From a virus, in the IMG/VR virus record IMGVR_UViG_3300033146_004399, positions 1 through 64,000 of that record: a DNA stretch of 64,000 nt. One strand, written 5' to 3'. Numbering within the stretch: the first letter of the stretch is position 1; each line of letters begins with the position of its first letter. The notes under the pieces are model-generated. The model saw nothing but the letters and a program-made list of their open reading frames with translations, was not told where the DNA came from and did not search any database. The position numbers and the translations under genes were made by a program. Shown one piece after another: positions 39,401-48,385 of this stretch.

Positions 39401-40382
39401 AAGGAGCAGTTAAATAAGAATAAATTTCTGAGAACATAAAGTCAATTAACACTGGAGAACCAGCGGTAACAACTTCAATACCAAAACCCGTTTCCATTCC
39501 GCCAGCACCATCTTGAGGGACTGTAGGTATGCCCGAAACGGCATTAGTAATTGTTACAACAGCCATAGAAGAAGATGCACTAAAAGCTGCATTTGTACCA
39601 ATAGCACTTGCTGTAGCAGAAGCAACCGTATTAGCATCCGCAAGAGGTGCTACTGTAACAGCAATACCTGTTCTTCCAGGATTCGACATTGCAGGGTCTA
39701 TAGAACTTTCACCTGAAACGGTATACCAAACATAGTAATCTATTGAAGGAGAAGAGATTCTAAAATATTTACCATTAAGAGAATGGTAATAAGTTGGCGA
39801 AGCAGTACCAGTAGCAACATTTTCTACTGAATAATCTGCAACAGTTGTAATTTCGGTTACTTCTGCGACAGCCATTGTAAAAGCTGTACCATCAGTTTTC
39901 TTAAATGCAAGAGTATAATTTCCTACACCACCACCAATGTCATCATTGGAAAGTTCACCGTAAACTTGTCCACCAAGACCATCTTGTATAGGGTCCTTAG
40001 TTGATGCATCTCTAATTTGAACTTGATAATTTTCTGTACCAGTACCAGATCCAGACGTACCTGTTGTAAGTACACCTTTTTCAGTACCTGCTAGTACTGC
40101 TGTATCTGTTGTTGCAGTAGATGAAACTACTGTTGTTACATCTATTGATGCTCCAGATACGGCTTGAGATGTTGCGACATCCCATAGTGCGATTAATTGA
40201 GAGTCGAGAACCGCTTGGTGTACTGATTCATTTGAATGTAAATCAGTTGCAACAAGTGAATTGGTTAAGTTTAATTTTTCGTAAACTATACCACTATCCC
40301 ATCGACTGTCTGTATTACCCGCAACATTGTAATTGTTAATTTGACCACCTTGAATTTGGTCACCACGAATGGCTGTTAACAT
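33480..40382 (-). CDS. Giant (2300 aa) tail-fibre/virion structural protein
   Basis: Rich in G/A/T/D/S with beta-repeat character; LDNRYYTESE repeats; GDLNVTGTTTTINS and ERGDE.NA...WNE motifs shared with the 901-aa fibre; strong RBS AGGAGG. Confidence 0.75.
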   Translation of the reverse strand: MLTAIRGDQIQGGQINNYNVAGNTDSRWDSGIVYEKLNLTNSLVATDLHSNESVHQAVLDSQLIALWDVATSQAVSGASIDVTTVVSSTATTDTAVLAGTEKGVLTTGTSGSGTGTENYQVQIRDASTKDPIQDGLGGQVYGELSNDDIGGGVGNYTLAFKKTDGTAFTMAVAEVTEITTVADYSVENVATGTASPTYYHSLNGKYFRISSPSIDYYVWYTVSGESSIDPAMSNPGRTGIAVTVAPLADANTVASATASAIGTNAAFSASSSMAVVTITNAVSGIPTVPQDGAGGMETGFGIEVVTAGSPVLIDFMFSEIYSYLTAPYTAFITGIGFADVVGISGSHNHHDLYYTKIELESGQLDNRYYNKTQMDGGQLDNRYYTESEIDPNPGTDTGTAKLDTRYFLESELISTSNGSSGADLVGVTPTGSMASATVQNALEELQGDIDNILDGTANINFSLDDAYDDGSVVAVDDTLVDWQLTDTKSFKITADTGATNLINVEALATGDVVEFDVARFTVNAADNSVFTNVGADTSIITTTSGNVILNAVDGVDIDAANVTIDGTAASSFKTTGAPLNIETVTSGDLTVKSVANLLVKDSFLGAALPLSQSGTTSLSANFDTATSIIGGINENADDLYYLINTTLPATLDGSAGADQVGATGITGVIPTGGTLGGDATVQAMLEGIALGSAGGKVFPSLGTGAGGTESGDPTNPGNLLDEKASGMYFKNNEIVYVLDTNRYVIVKTGTTALVEGTDWDYLWGSNEPMGGDEFNVTSDAVTVDTTGAMTVNVDGGLILADDSGAHVNISAVGQVDIDSAAGQTITVASDTEIELNGGTLVDIDGAAITMDGQLTATGAADDNMVVTTSGTGQIQLSAADEIDLTGGIIDINAGAGKEVFIDSDTEVQINGGALVDIDATNITTDGILTQTGATQVIGDMDLDGSIDHDGATFNSTLTDTGIDSFTIETVGGVIINSDEGIALTDDSGNQVKLNINGSLDLHSATGQTASMATTGGAAITTSDTEADITADVVDINATTITIDGQLTATGALNDNIIMNTTGTGQVQVNSEVEVDLNAPLVDIHGDVVIESNKQLYVDKINITSVDPSDYATITGTRGGDLNVANLLVNSGFEAGSAVVADNWTQDAEALRTGAEQFYNAYSLRYFNAAPAAAGTVAILTQTADAPLTDAASYVFSIYAKGVNAAPVQVSLGGGTAVELIATGAATGAWVRYEAVAVAGATNEDIVVQIVNAGTEESDIFFDAAMLETGSGAATDYFTTYFSNLVFTVGDEDNDQIIFRSEGTATSDLMRINQDTVEILGDLNVTGTTTTINSQDLLVADNQIVLNTNVTGSPTLDAFYTVERGDETNAQIKWNESTDTWELYNHSNTQFETIMTSATGSTTISMDIAYDGGSAVDVDDTDVTFTMDTTKSFILADAVDTAKFVVTAGSAADSVKIDTTGGVSFLASKMTFGNSLAANSVGFIGIDGTVLVRAGNTGGDVDIATSDGLKQLLITDEQIKLNIAGSSDADSIFINSTGGGIDVNATLKVDVDAAGIELDSTVASNFTVAEANLTLSTTTSGNVGISAATTVDIDAVTSVTVDAPAIDTTGVLTQTGNAQIVGDLDLDGSFDQSGNYTFLINTTATAADAVSITSAGGMDVVAASSFDLGATNINTTGILLQTGATQVVGDMDLDGSIDADGTDINIAAAGTGGTHLALSSADAASLTAVGITIEAGTGALVAEADAASSINVNGANLTVSTATSGDVVIDSAANVTFSDQYQTVPITFAQNLVDGLVTDFAYNSQTDFDFTTRETGTDAITSVLGAINVNREDMWEYIELLSTQGAAFGTAAGANLIGVDGITGILPTGGSVGDDSNLQAMLEGLALAGGGGKTYTDEATFLAAKAAGTFFKLNEHIHILDTNRTAIVKVQGLATAEGVDWDYVHGSARPMGDAEFFVSTTSKISLATADFDISTSTFDIVANNAVLVDGASTVTVDGATGLNLVTAAVMDMDAVTFDIDGTTFDALMAGGISLDASSASNFTVDGAALTLSTTTSGDVNITSAGDIVETSTTLTQNVTTFDMNASGAFTLDGAANSFIRTTAADLTLQTIGSGGIAFKDWDMAAAMPLTDPSNVAFTFDAQASAPVSIYDAINRAYSNTGDVSKKSYMEAPTLSSTDVSKAYLQVSDETFTFNGLAVAAAGTNDAYDLPGGGSNLALTPSQLRATYGVYLVVYLNGLRLSDSEWGYIYDQASGEKYVTFNNDHSTSDFTWATAANAVDAIALSVTDHIVFDCTYNRSATA

Positions 40383-40423
40383 AATTATTGCCTCCTAAAA
40401 TTTCTTTTTGTAAAGATTCAATA

Positions 40424-40433
40424 TTATCTTACA
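40424..40433 (-). promoter_or_regulatory. Candidate late promoter TGTAAGATAA upstream of the 2300-aa gene
   Basis: Recurring motif; a + strand TGTAAAGAT nearby faces the divergent gene. Confidence 0.5.
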
Positions 40434-40467
40434 AGATAGTTATATAATAGTTGATTTAGGAGAAAAA

Positions 40468-42060
40468 ATGTTATTAAAAATAAATGATGAAAAAATATTA
40501 AATATTAAAACAACAGATGGTAAACTATTTTTAAATGAGAAAAAGGTAAAAAAATATGATAAAATTGAATATAGGTGCGATAAATGTTCAATTACGGAAA
40601 CCATACATTATAGATATAATAAAAAATTTAATAATCATATAATTCTTTGTACAAAATGTGCTCGAAAACAAACTAATATAGAACACTTCGGTGTAGAAAA
40701 TATATCACAATCTTCTATTATACAAAAAACTATAAGAGAAAAATCAATAGAAAAATATGGCACTAAGCATTTTCTATCTTCACCTAAAGTAAGAAAGAAA
40801 ATAAAACAAACTAATATAGAGAAATATGGTGTAGACGAAATATTTAAACTAAAAGGTTTTAAAGAAGAAACAAAAAAAATTATGATTGAAAGGTATGGTG
40901 TTGAGTATTCTCTTCAATCTAATGAAATTAAGAATAAATATAAAACTACAATGCTTGAAAAATATAAAGTAGATAAACCAATGCATTCTACTATTATTAA
41001 AGATAAAAGACGTTTAACTATACAAAGCAATATTAAAAATGAATTGATGAATTTCAAAGAATTCGAACCTCTTTTTGCACTAAACAGATTTCGTGGAATA
41101 AATCATATCTATATGTGGAAATGTAATAAATGTAATTCAAAATTTGAAGACCATCTTAAAAATGGACATATACCTAGATGCCCTAAGTGTTATCCTCGTA
41201 ATATTAAAATAGATAGAAAGGTAAATAATCTTCACGAGTGGTTAAAGACATTAAATATAGGAGAAATACAATTAAACAATAAAGAGTTAATTAAACCTTT
41301 TAATATAAGTATATATCTCCCTAATCATAATTTGGCTATAGAGTTAGTAAGTCTTTATTGGCACTCTGAGATACAAGGCAGAAGTAAAGATTACCATTTA
41401 ATTAAGTCATTACGTTGCTCTGCGCAAAACATTCAAATGATTTATATATTTGAAGATGAGTGGGTTTATAAACAGGAAGCCGTTAAATCTATTATAAAAA
41501 GAAAATTAAATTTAATCACAAACAATATAAATGCAAAAGAATGTAAAGTTGGTATTATTAGCAACAAACAAGCAAAAGCATTTTATGTAATAAATAATAT
41601 TAAAAGTTTTATATATAATAAAATTAATATAGCTCTTTTTTATAATAATGAAATTGTAAGTTGTTTAAGTATATCTAAACCTAGATTTAATAAAAATTAT
41701 AACTGGGAAATAACACGTTTCTCTAACAAAACAGATTTATATATTATAAATGGTTTTAATAAAATGTTGCAATATTTTAAGAAAGAACACAATGGTTCTA
41801 TTATTGCTTACGGTGATTGTCGTTATTATGATTCTAATATATATGAGAATAATAATTTTGAACATATTAATCAATCTGAACCAAATTATCATTATACAAA
41901 TTATGTAGAGAGATTTGCAAGATTTAAGTTTAATAAAAAAAAGTTGAAAAAAATAATTACAAATTATAATCCTAATTTAACTGAATGGCAAAACATGCAA
42001 CTAGAAGGGTGGGATAGAGTATGGGACGTGGGTAATGATGTTTATGTTCTCATTTCATAA
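40468..42060 (+). CDS. Hef-like homing endonuclease, possibly catalytically degenerate
   Basis: KYG repeats; C..C...HIPRCPKC; IYLP..NLAIE...LYWHSE; IFEDEW; EI.RF; WDVGN tail. Confidence 0.75.
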   Translation: MLLKINDEKILNIKTTDGKLFLNEKKVKKYDKIEYRCDKCSITETIHYRYNKKFNNHIILCTKCARKQTNIEHFGVENISQSSIIQKTIREKSIEKYGTKHFLSSPKVRKKIKQTNIEKYGVDEIFKLKGFKEETKKIMIERYGVEYSLQSNEIKNKYKTTMLEKYKVDKPMHSTIIKDKRRLTIQSNIKNELMNFKEFEPLFALNRFRGINHIYMWKCNKCNSKFEDHLKNGHIPRCPKCYPRNIKIDRKVNNLHEWLKTLNIGEIQLNNKELIKPFNISIYLPNHNLAIELVSLYWHSEIQGRSKDYHLIKSLRCSAQNIQMIYIFEDEWVYKQEAVKSIIKRKLNLITNNINAKECKVGIISNKQAKAFYVINNIKSFIYNKINIALFYNNEIVSCLSISKPRFNKNYNWEITRFSNKTDLYIINGFNKMLQYFKKEHNGSIIAYGDCRYYDSNIYENNNFEHINQSEPNYHYTNYVERFARFKFNKKKLKKIITNYNPNLTEWQNMQLEGWDRVWDVGNDVYVLIS

Positions 42061-42333
42061 TTTATAATCAATACTTGAATGCCATTCACATTCGAATAAC
42101 TGTCTTATTAAAGAAGTAGGTAAGGAACCTTTAGTATTTTCTATATCAACTAATTCACATTCTTGTTCAAACCATTCAAGCCAATCGTTTTTAGTAATAT
42201 AATCAATTTCAATAATGTCACCAAAGAAACCAAATCCATAAAAAGTATTTTCATCTTTTTTAAATATAGCCATATATGGTGGTGGAGAAAACTTTCTAAA
42301 AACCATTCCATCTTTTAAGTCTTCAAACTTCAT
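42055..42333 (-). CDS. Small hypothetical protein (MKFxDLKxGM family)
   Basis: 92 aa with RBS GAGGAG; N-terminus resembles 56139-56435. Confidence 0.7.
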   Translation of the reverse strand: MKFEDLKDGMVFRKFSPPPYMAIFKKDENTFYGFGFFGDIIEIDYITKNDWLEWFEQECELVDIENTKGSLPTSLIRQLFECEWHSSIDYKL

Positions 42334-42505
42334 ATAATCTCCTCAAAATTGGGACATGTATAAATTACAAGTTCCATAACCGACTCATTATTATTTTGTA
42401 TATCTTTTGTTGATGCTTTAATTGCTTTTTGTATACTACAATTATTATGTTTTTACAGATAGAGCATACACCGGTATCTTTTGATGAAAAAGCTATTTTT
42501 ACCAA
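42330..42505 (-). pseudogene. Small Cys-containing ORF broken by a frameshift
   Basis: TTG-VKIAFSSKDTGVCSICK continues as HNNCSIQK...YTCPNFEEII* after a shift in the T5 run at 42450-42454; its stop is ATGA-coupled to 42333. Confidence 0.4.
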
Positions 42506-45500
42506 TCTTCCATCCTTATACCTTCAATATAGTTTGTATCTGCGAAAAGGGTTATTTTTAATATAATTAAATAACTTGAATTAGCTGTGTTAAATATACC
42601 AGAAGTCCATTCATAACTCTCCCCTTTGTTATGTATTAGACAACCATCACCATTGGCACCTGTAAAATCTGCTTCGTTATATAAGGTGGCTAAATCCAAC
42701 CAACCAGTAAGACCCGGAAGTTTTATTTCAGCTTTTATATTTGAATCAGCATTGTAAAAATTCTGTATTATTAACTTTCCATTACTGTGTGGATTTGCAT
42801 GATGAAAAACACGATAATAATATTTAGGTCCTGAACAATTCTCATAATTAACAGTTTGTGAAGGGAAATAATTTGTGAAATTTTGGTTAGGATATATTAG
42901 TCTCCCTCCAAAAACTTGTAAATCATCTGGTGTTAATTGTTGTTCAGAATTCCATTGACCAGTATATGCAGTGATAGAATTATAATCTCCATGAAGAAGA
43001 CGATAATATTCATCTACAAATTGTTCTGTTAAAGGTGTTGATTTAACATCTACAGTATTGATTAAAATTTGAGTATTTGTTTTAGAATGTTGTTGAACAC
43101 CAAATGGGTTTTTTGCTTCCAATTTTAAATTAGGTTGAGAAGAATAAACACCGCTCAACTCTAGTTCAAGTGTATTCATATAATATATATCTTCTCCTAT
43201 TCTTGTAACTGGAACACCAAGAATATTAATATCTTCATAGTTTATATAGAAGGGAGTAATCCCAAATTCATCTAAATTGAGAAATATTTGTTCATCTTTT
43301 ACAAATGTATTATTGAATAAATTTTCAACTTTAAAACGGAAACGCAATTTATCACCCATAGAATAATATCTAACTCCAGATAAATATTTATTTGAATTCA
43401 ATTCCATCTCATCTATATATATTTCTTTGAAACCCATATATCCATCAAATTCGTCCCAAAAGACAGTGAAATCTTCTGTTGAATTTATATCACCTGCTGA
43501 ATTACCTATTTCATGTACCAATTTAATATTATTTTCCCCTTGCAGTAAAAGTCTTGATTTTATGTTAAGTTGAAAATCTGCTCTCTGATATATAGGATAT
43601 TGATTATAAGGACCAACCGAAAGAATTTCTATGATATTGTTTAAACCAAATTGTCTAGGATATGTTTGTCCATTTATTCTTTCATCTTCATTAAACCATT
43701 CAGCTAAATTGAATTCATCAACTTGCTCACCGTTTATGTAACAATATAAAATACCTTTGTCTGCGTCTTTAAATTGTGTAACATCATTGTTAGAGAGAAT
43801 AAAAGATGTATCTTTTATTATTTTATTAAAATAATCTCCTGCTGCTAAAGTATTATATCTTAATATAGACCTACCTTCTGAAAGATAACCAGAATATATT
43901 TTAGTACCAGTTATAGCAAAATTACCAGATAAAGGTTGAGCATCTTTAGGCTTTAAAGATTCTAATAAATTTAATCTTTCTTCCATAGTTCCATGATATT
44001 CATCAAGTTCTGATTTAGGATAATAACGTGCGTCGTGGTCATCAACTATTTCCCAATCTTCATCTCTTAATTCCTCATGAATAAGATCTACATCTGCAAT
44101 TATAGGTTTCCATTCCCTATCCCAAGCAAACCATCGATACAATTTATTTTCATTTAATACAAGACGTAAATCTCCTTCACCATTATTTGACATTGGAAGG
44201 TCTGTGACATTATTTACTAAATCTCTTAGATAAGATGAAGAAGATGCACTCGTTACACGAATCCATTCATTTTGTGTTGAACTCCATCTATAAAAACTTT
44301 CTTCAGAAATTATAAATACAACAGTACCATTAGATAACGTATTAGATTCTATTTCTAACAAATCATCAGAAGTATCTACGGGTGGTAACCAACTACCACC
44401 AGTTGACCCAGATATTTTAACCCATTCTTCTTGAGCTGAAACCCATCTATAAAGGGTTGATGAATCTAATACCATTCTAATATCACCATCAACATTTAAA
44501 GAAGTCGGTAATTGTGTAAATGAGTTTACAGGATCACGCCATATAGATGAACCATTTGGGTCTCCGACTAGACGCCATTCACCAGGAGGATCAACCCATT
44601 GATAATAAGCACCAGGGGACGGCTCTTCCACAAAATATATATCTCCGTTTTCTACATCAGGTGGAAATGGTAAATCACCATATACGGAGACAGTTCCATA
44701 ATCGCCGCTTTTAGCAAAACTTCTTAAGAAAACTACTAAGTTTACTTCAGAGTCTATTGCTATATTCAAGTTAAATCTTATTTTATATATATCAAGTAAT
44801 TCGTAATCACCTTCATCTTCTGTTAAACCTTGATTTTTAAACTCACCATCAACAAATACCATAAGGTTTGAGCCTGTAGAATCAAACGGAGCTTCAGATT
44901 CAAATAATCTTCTTTCAAAGTCTAAACTTTCTCCACCTTTGAAAGTAGTAACCCATGCAAGTGTGTTAGGCGGAATAGAAGGACCCGTTGGTGTTGTAGT
45001 TACAGCTTTTTGTGCTGTTCCTCTAGGCCCTGAATGCTGTGCAGTAGAATCTCCTCCAAAAGGGAAAGCAGCAGGATTTTGAGGTTCGCACTCCTCGGAC
45101 ATTGTATCACTTCTATCATAATCACCACTTCCAGCGTTCACATCATATGCTTTAACTTTATAATATGGATGTGTTATTGTAGCTGGATCTACATCGTTAG
45201 GTATTGGGTCCACATCACCATCTATAATATAAGTTAGGACCTTCCCGGTATTCGCGTCAATATCAGTCATTGTATAATTAGTATTACTAACTTCTAATTT
45301 ATTCCATGTACCTTGTTTTGTTTCAGGGTCGTAATCATCACTTTTCCAAACATCATAACCGTTGCAATGTGTTTGTCCACCCCACGCAACCAACCAACCA
45401 CCAATTTCCATTTCAAACGTTGTTTGGTTCATAACAGGGTAAGCTTCAATACCAACTATTATCGGAGTTGGTATAAATTTAGGTTCTGTTATACCAAACA

Positions 45501-47157
45501 TATATAACTCTTCTTCAGCTTTTTTCAACTTCTTTTCCATAATGTCAATAGCCATACCAGTAGCATTTACTGCTGTTTTAGAACCTTCATTGGGATCTAC
45601 AATAGATCTAATCCACATAAATCTATGACCATATAAAGTTAAAGGATTATCTATTGTACCAAATATAGAAGTACTATCTATTGCAGCTCCTAAAGCAGTT
45701 ACTGTCGTAAGAGCCCCTAAAAGGTAAGCTTTTATACTAATTAATTCTTGATCCACAATATTACGCGCTGAAGCATTGGTAAGAGAAGAACCATTTTTAT
45801 GCACATCAATAAAATCAAGTGATTGTTGTATTCTATCTTTTATCGTTGTTAATGTATTTATCCATCCATTTTGTAAATTCCATGAAAAACCTATATTACT
45901 ATTTACATCATCTGGATCATAATTTGGGTCTATGCCTGGTATAATCATATAATTAACAAAATATGTAAAATTAGTTATTTTAGTATAATCAATATAAGTT
46001 ATTATATCATTTATTTTAGAAATAATAGCTAACGCAGCTGAATCATATGATGAAGTCCAATAATCTTGAGATGGAGTATAACCTGGTGGATATGAGTATT
46101 GTGTCCCATTAACATCCCAAGTTCCATTACCAAACACCGTTTCTCCATCAACGTCATGAGTTAAAAACCCTTCAGTGCGGGGGGTATTAATAGCATTTGG
46201 AAGATTAATAATTCCAGGAGAATCATTAATCTCTAACAAACTAGTAGCATCAGTACTAACAATATTATTAATAAGAATATTATTTGTTTTATCGGTACCA
46301 CTACCAAAAAAAGAAAATGTTCTTGTTGGCTCAGTATAAGTATAAGGCGCGACGTCTCTATGCCTTATACCTAAAAGAGTATTATTAGTATAATAAGTAT
46401 ATGGAACTGGAGAAGAACCATAAGATACCGATTTTATATGAGGGCCAACAGGACTCTCTGTACCTATAACTGCAAGAAGATCATCAATTTTACCAAGAAG
46501 AGACTGTGACCTTTCATCTGGAGGATATATCCAAATTAAACTTCCAGGCGTAGGGCCTGGAGGATCATACCAAATTTGATATTTATCTCTGTTAATAGTA
46601 AATGAAGTACTATAATTTGGTTTGCCTAATTGTGAAGCTAATGTTGTCCACCCTTTAGTCATAGGTACATCAAATTCACCTTTTCTTCCTCGGCTTAATA
46701 CGTTATTTAATTTTATTTTCGTAGTTGTGTTACTGGTATTTGCAATTTCTGATTCTAATGTCTTCCAGCCGATATAAAAACCTGATTTATATCCTTGACC
46801 ATCTGTAAGATTATTAGCAGCTGCCCGTAAACCAGATCTTTCTGTCGAATTATGAGAAGTAAACGAAGTATTATTACCACCTTCTTTAATTATATTATTT
46901 CTTACTGTACCCCGAAGTTTATATATTATTTCGTAATAACATCGTATTAAGCCTTCAACGCCCATACTTGTCCATGTAATATTTTCATTTCTTGAATAAC
47001 CAAATAAAAGACCTAAATTAAATAAATCTTCATCAGCCATAGAATCAATTGGGGGAGCAACAGAACCATCTCTTGCCATCAATACATTTAATTTAGCCAT
47101 AAGAGCATCAGAACGTTTTTGTTTCAGTTCAAATTTTCTTTCATTTATTGTTGGCAT
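42499..47157 (-). CDS. Large (1552 aa) virion structural protein with internal repeats
   Basis: Repeated W.DPV....LP...N..GD.R.VL....LYRW units; HDARYYPKSEL; lies in the structural run; RBS GAGGTG. Confidence 0.7.
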   Translation of the reverse strand: MPTINERKFELKQKRSDALMAKLNVLMARDGSVAPPIDSMADEDLFNLGLLFGYSRNENITWTSMGVEGLIRCYYEIIYKLRGTVRNNIIKEGGNNTSFTSHNSTERSGLRAAANNLTDGQGYKSGFYIGWKTLESEIANTSNTTTKIKLNNVLSRGRKGEFDVPMTKGWTTLASQLGKPNYSTSFTINRDKYQIWYDPPGPTPGSLIWIYPPDERSQSLLGKIDDLLAVIGTESPVGPHIKSVSYGSSPVPYTYYTNNTLLGIRHRDVAPYTYTEPTRTFSFFGSGTDKTNNILINNIVSTDATSLLEINDSPGIINLPNAINTPRTEGFLTHDVDGETVFGNGTWDVNGTQYSYPPGYTPSQDYWTSSYDSAALAIISKINDIITYIDYTKITNFTYFVNYMIIPGIDPNYDPDDVNSNIGFSWNLQNGWINTLTTIKDRIQQSLDFIDVHKNGSSLTNASARNIVDQELISIKAYLLGALTTVTALGAAIDSTSIFGTIDNPLTLYGHRFMWIRSIVDPNEGSKTAVNATGMAIDIMEKKLKKAEEELYMFGITEPKFIPTPIIVGIEAYPVMNQTTFEMEIGGWLVAWGGQTHCNGYDVWKSDDYDPETKQGTWNKLEVSNTNYTMTDIDANTGKVLTYIIDGDVDPIPNDVDPATITHPYYKVKAYDVNAGSGDYDRSDTMSEECEPQNPAAFPFGGDSTAQHSGPRGTAQKAVTTTPTGPSIPPNTLAWVTTFKGGESLDFERRLFESEAPFDSTGSNLMVFVDGEFKNQGLTEDEGDYELLDIYKIRFNLNIAIDSEVNLVVFLRSFAKSGDYGTVSVYGDLPFPPDVENGDIYFVEEPSPGAYYQWVDPPGEWRLVGDPNGSSIWRDPVNSFTQLPTSLNVDGDIRMVLDSSTLYRWVSAQEEWVKISGSTGGSWLPPVDTSDDLLEIESNTLSNGTVVFIISEESFYRWSSTQNEWIRVTSASSSSYLRDLVNNVTDLPMSNNGEGDLRLVLNENKLYRWFAWDREWKPIIADVDLIHEELRDEDWEIVDDHDARYYPKSELDEYHGTMEERLNLLESLKPKDAQPLSGNFAITGTKIYSGYLSEGRSILRYNTLAAGDYFNKIIKDTSFILSNNDVTQFKDADKGILYCYINGEQVDEFNLAEWFNEDERINGQTYPRQFGLNNIIEILSVGPYNQYPIYQRADFQLNIKSRLLLQGENNIKLVHEIGNSAGDINSTEDFTVFWDEFDGYMGFKEIYIDEMELNSNKYLSGVRYYSMGDKLRFRFKVENLFNNTFVKDEQIFLNLDEFGITPFYINYEDINILGVPVTRIGEDIYYMNTLELELSGVYSSQPNLKLEAKNPFGVQQHSKTNTQILINTVDVKSTPLTEQFVDEYYRLLHGDYNSITAYTGQWNSEQQLTPDDLQVFGGRLIYPNQNFTNYFPSQTVNYENCSGPKYYYRVFHHANPHSNGKLIIQNFYNADSNIKAEIKLPGLTGWLDLATLYNEADFTGANGDGCLIHNKGESYEWTSGIFNTANSSYLIILKITLFADTNYIEGIRMEDW

Positions 47158-48229
47158 TTAACACCTCTAATATATTTTCTATATTATATTTTTCATTAAA
47201 GTATAATATATTCACTTGTTTTTTTATTTCTTTCATTTTCCACTTAAACTTATCATCCCAATAATAATTTGAATGAGGCTCTAAATACAAATCATAATCA
47301 AGCAAATAAAAGTCTGGGGCATAAAGTCCATCTAATTTATTTTCTTTTTTATATTTTATAAATTTTAAACCATTATGAGCAATAAAATTTATATTATTAT
47401 TTACAAGAAATTTTGCAACTTTTAGTTCGAACTTACCTTGTACTTTTTGACCATTTATATTAAACCATGCACATTTATTGTTTGAATTATTCTCTCTTGC
47501 AGTTTTCATCATTTTTATCTTAAATTCATATAACTGAGCCGGTCTCTTAACACCATATTTATTCATAAAATAAGATGTCATCCTGTCTTGCATGCCTTCA
47601 ATCTTTGAAGGGTGAGTAACACCATAATTATTATATAATGTTTGTTTACATTTCTCTTTTACGTCTTTATTCTGTAATGAACATTTAGTACCATACTTGT
47701 CTAAATTGGTATTTTGTGCTTTTAATATATTATTATATTTTTTATTTCCGTATTTTTTTAATTTAGTTTCTTCAGATTTATTTATTATAATTTTATTACC
47801 TAAACTACAAATATTACCGTATCTTTTTAAATTAGTTTTTTGTGCTTTTTTGAGTAATTTATTCGATTGTCCACTATATTCAACACCATATCGTTTTAAC
47901 ATTGTTTTAGTACGTTTCTCTGTATTAAAAGCTAATTTACCGTTATTATTTAATCTTTGAGTATTTTGAGCTTTTCTAGATATATCTTTATTCATCATAC
48001 AATTTTTAACTCCATAATTTAACATGTGCACATATTCAGTTTGATGTTTTTGACATAAACATTTCTCATGTTCTTTATAAAATTTTTTAAAACGCTTGAT
48101 GGCTTTAGATACTTTTATCCCGCATTCTTCACATATAATATCTAAACGGTCATAATTATTAAGTTTTTTACCATTTACATATATACAATTCTGCTTCAGT
48201 TCAAATTTTCTTTTATCTATTGTAGGCAT
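47141..48229 (-). CDS. Putative homing endonuclease (KYG-repeat, PD-(D/E)XK-like) carrying a copy of the downstream gene's N-terminus
   Basis: QGKFELKV...PDFYLLDYDLYLEPH tail; begins MPTIDKRKFELKQ. Confidence 0.75.
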   Translation of the reverse strand: MPTIDKRKFELKQNCIYVNGKKLNNYDRLDIICEECGIKVSKAIKRFKKFYKEHEKCLCQKHQTEYVHMLNYGVKNCMMNKDISRKAQNTQRLNNNGKLAFNTEKRTKTMLKRYGVEYSGQSNKLLKKAQKTNLKRYGNICSLGNKIIINKSEETKLKKYGNKKYNNILKAQNTNLDKYGTKCSLQNKDVKEKCKQTLYNNYGVTHPSKIEGMQDRMTSYFMNKYGVKRPAQLYEFKIKMMKTARENNSNNKCAWFNINGQKVQGKFELKVAKFLVNNNINFIAHNGLKFIKYKKENKLDGLYAPDFYLLDYDLYLEPHSNYYWDDKFKWKMKEIKKQVNILYFNEKYNIENILEVLNANNK

Positions 48230-48258
48230 TTATATTTTCCTAAATATTTTATATGATT

Positions 48259-48268
48259 TTATCTTTAC
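48259..48268 (-). promoter_or_regulatory. Candidate late promoter GTAAAGATAA upstream of the endonuclease/1552-aa unit
   Basis: Recurring motif. Confidence 0.5.
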
Positions 48269-48283
48269 CAAACAAGATAAATT

Positions 48284-48367
48284 TATAGTGAATTGTAAAA
48301 GATTAAATATATAGTGAATTGTAAAAGATTAAATATATAGTGAATTGTAAAAGATTAAATATATAGT
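48284..48367 (+). repeat. 26-bp direct repeat x3 upstream of 48386
   Basis: TATAGTGAATTGTAAAAGATTAAATA at 48284, 48310 and 48336, then a partial TATAGT. Confidence 0.95.
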
Positions 48368-48385
48368 AAATGATTAGGAGTTAAA

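Noticed and set aside
34799-39735. Numerous short alternative-frame and antisense ORFs within the 2300-aa gene (and similar ones inside other long genes)
   Set aside because: They arise from codon bias of the main frame, with no motifs or RBS.
47141-48229. Endonuclease as part of a group I intron splitting the 1552-aa gene
   Set aside because: The downstream gene has its own RBS and complete duplicate start, so splicing is not needed, and I recognised no intron core elements. An Infernal search would settle it.
48284-48367. Possible CRISPR array
   Set aside because: The repeats are directly adjacent with no spacers, and no cas genes are present.
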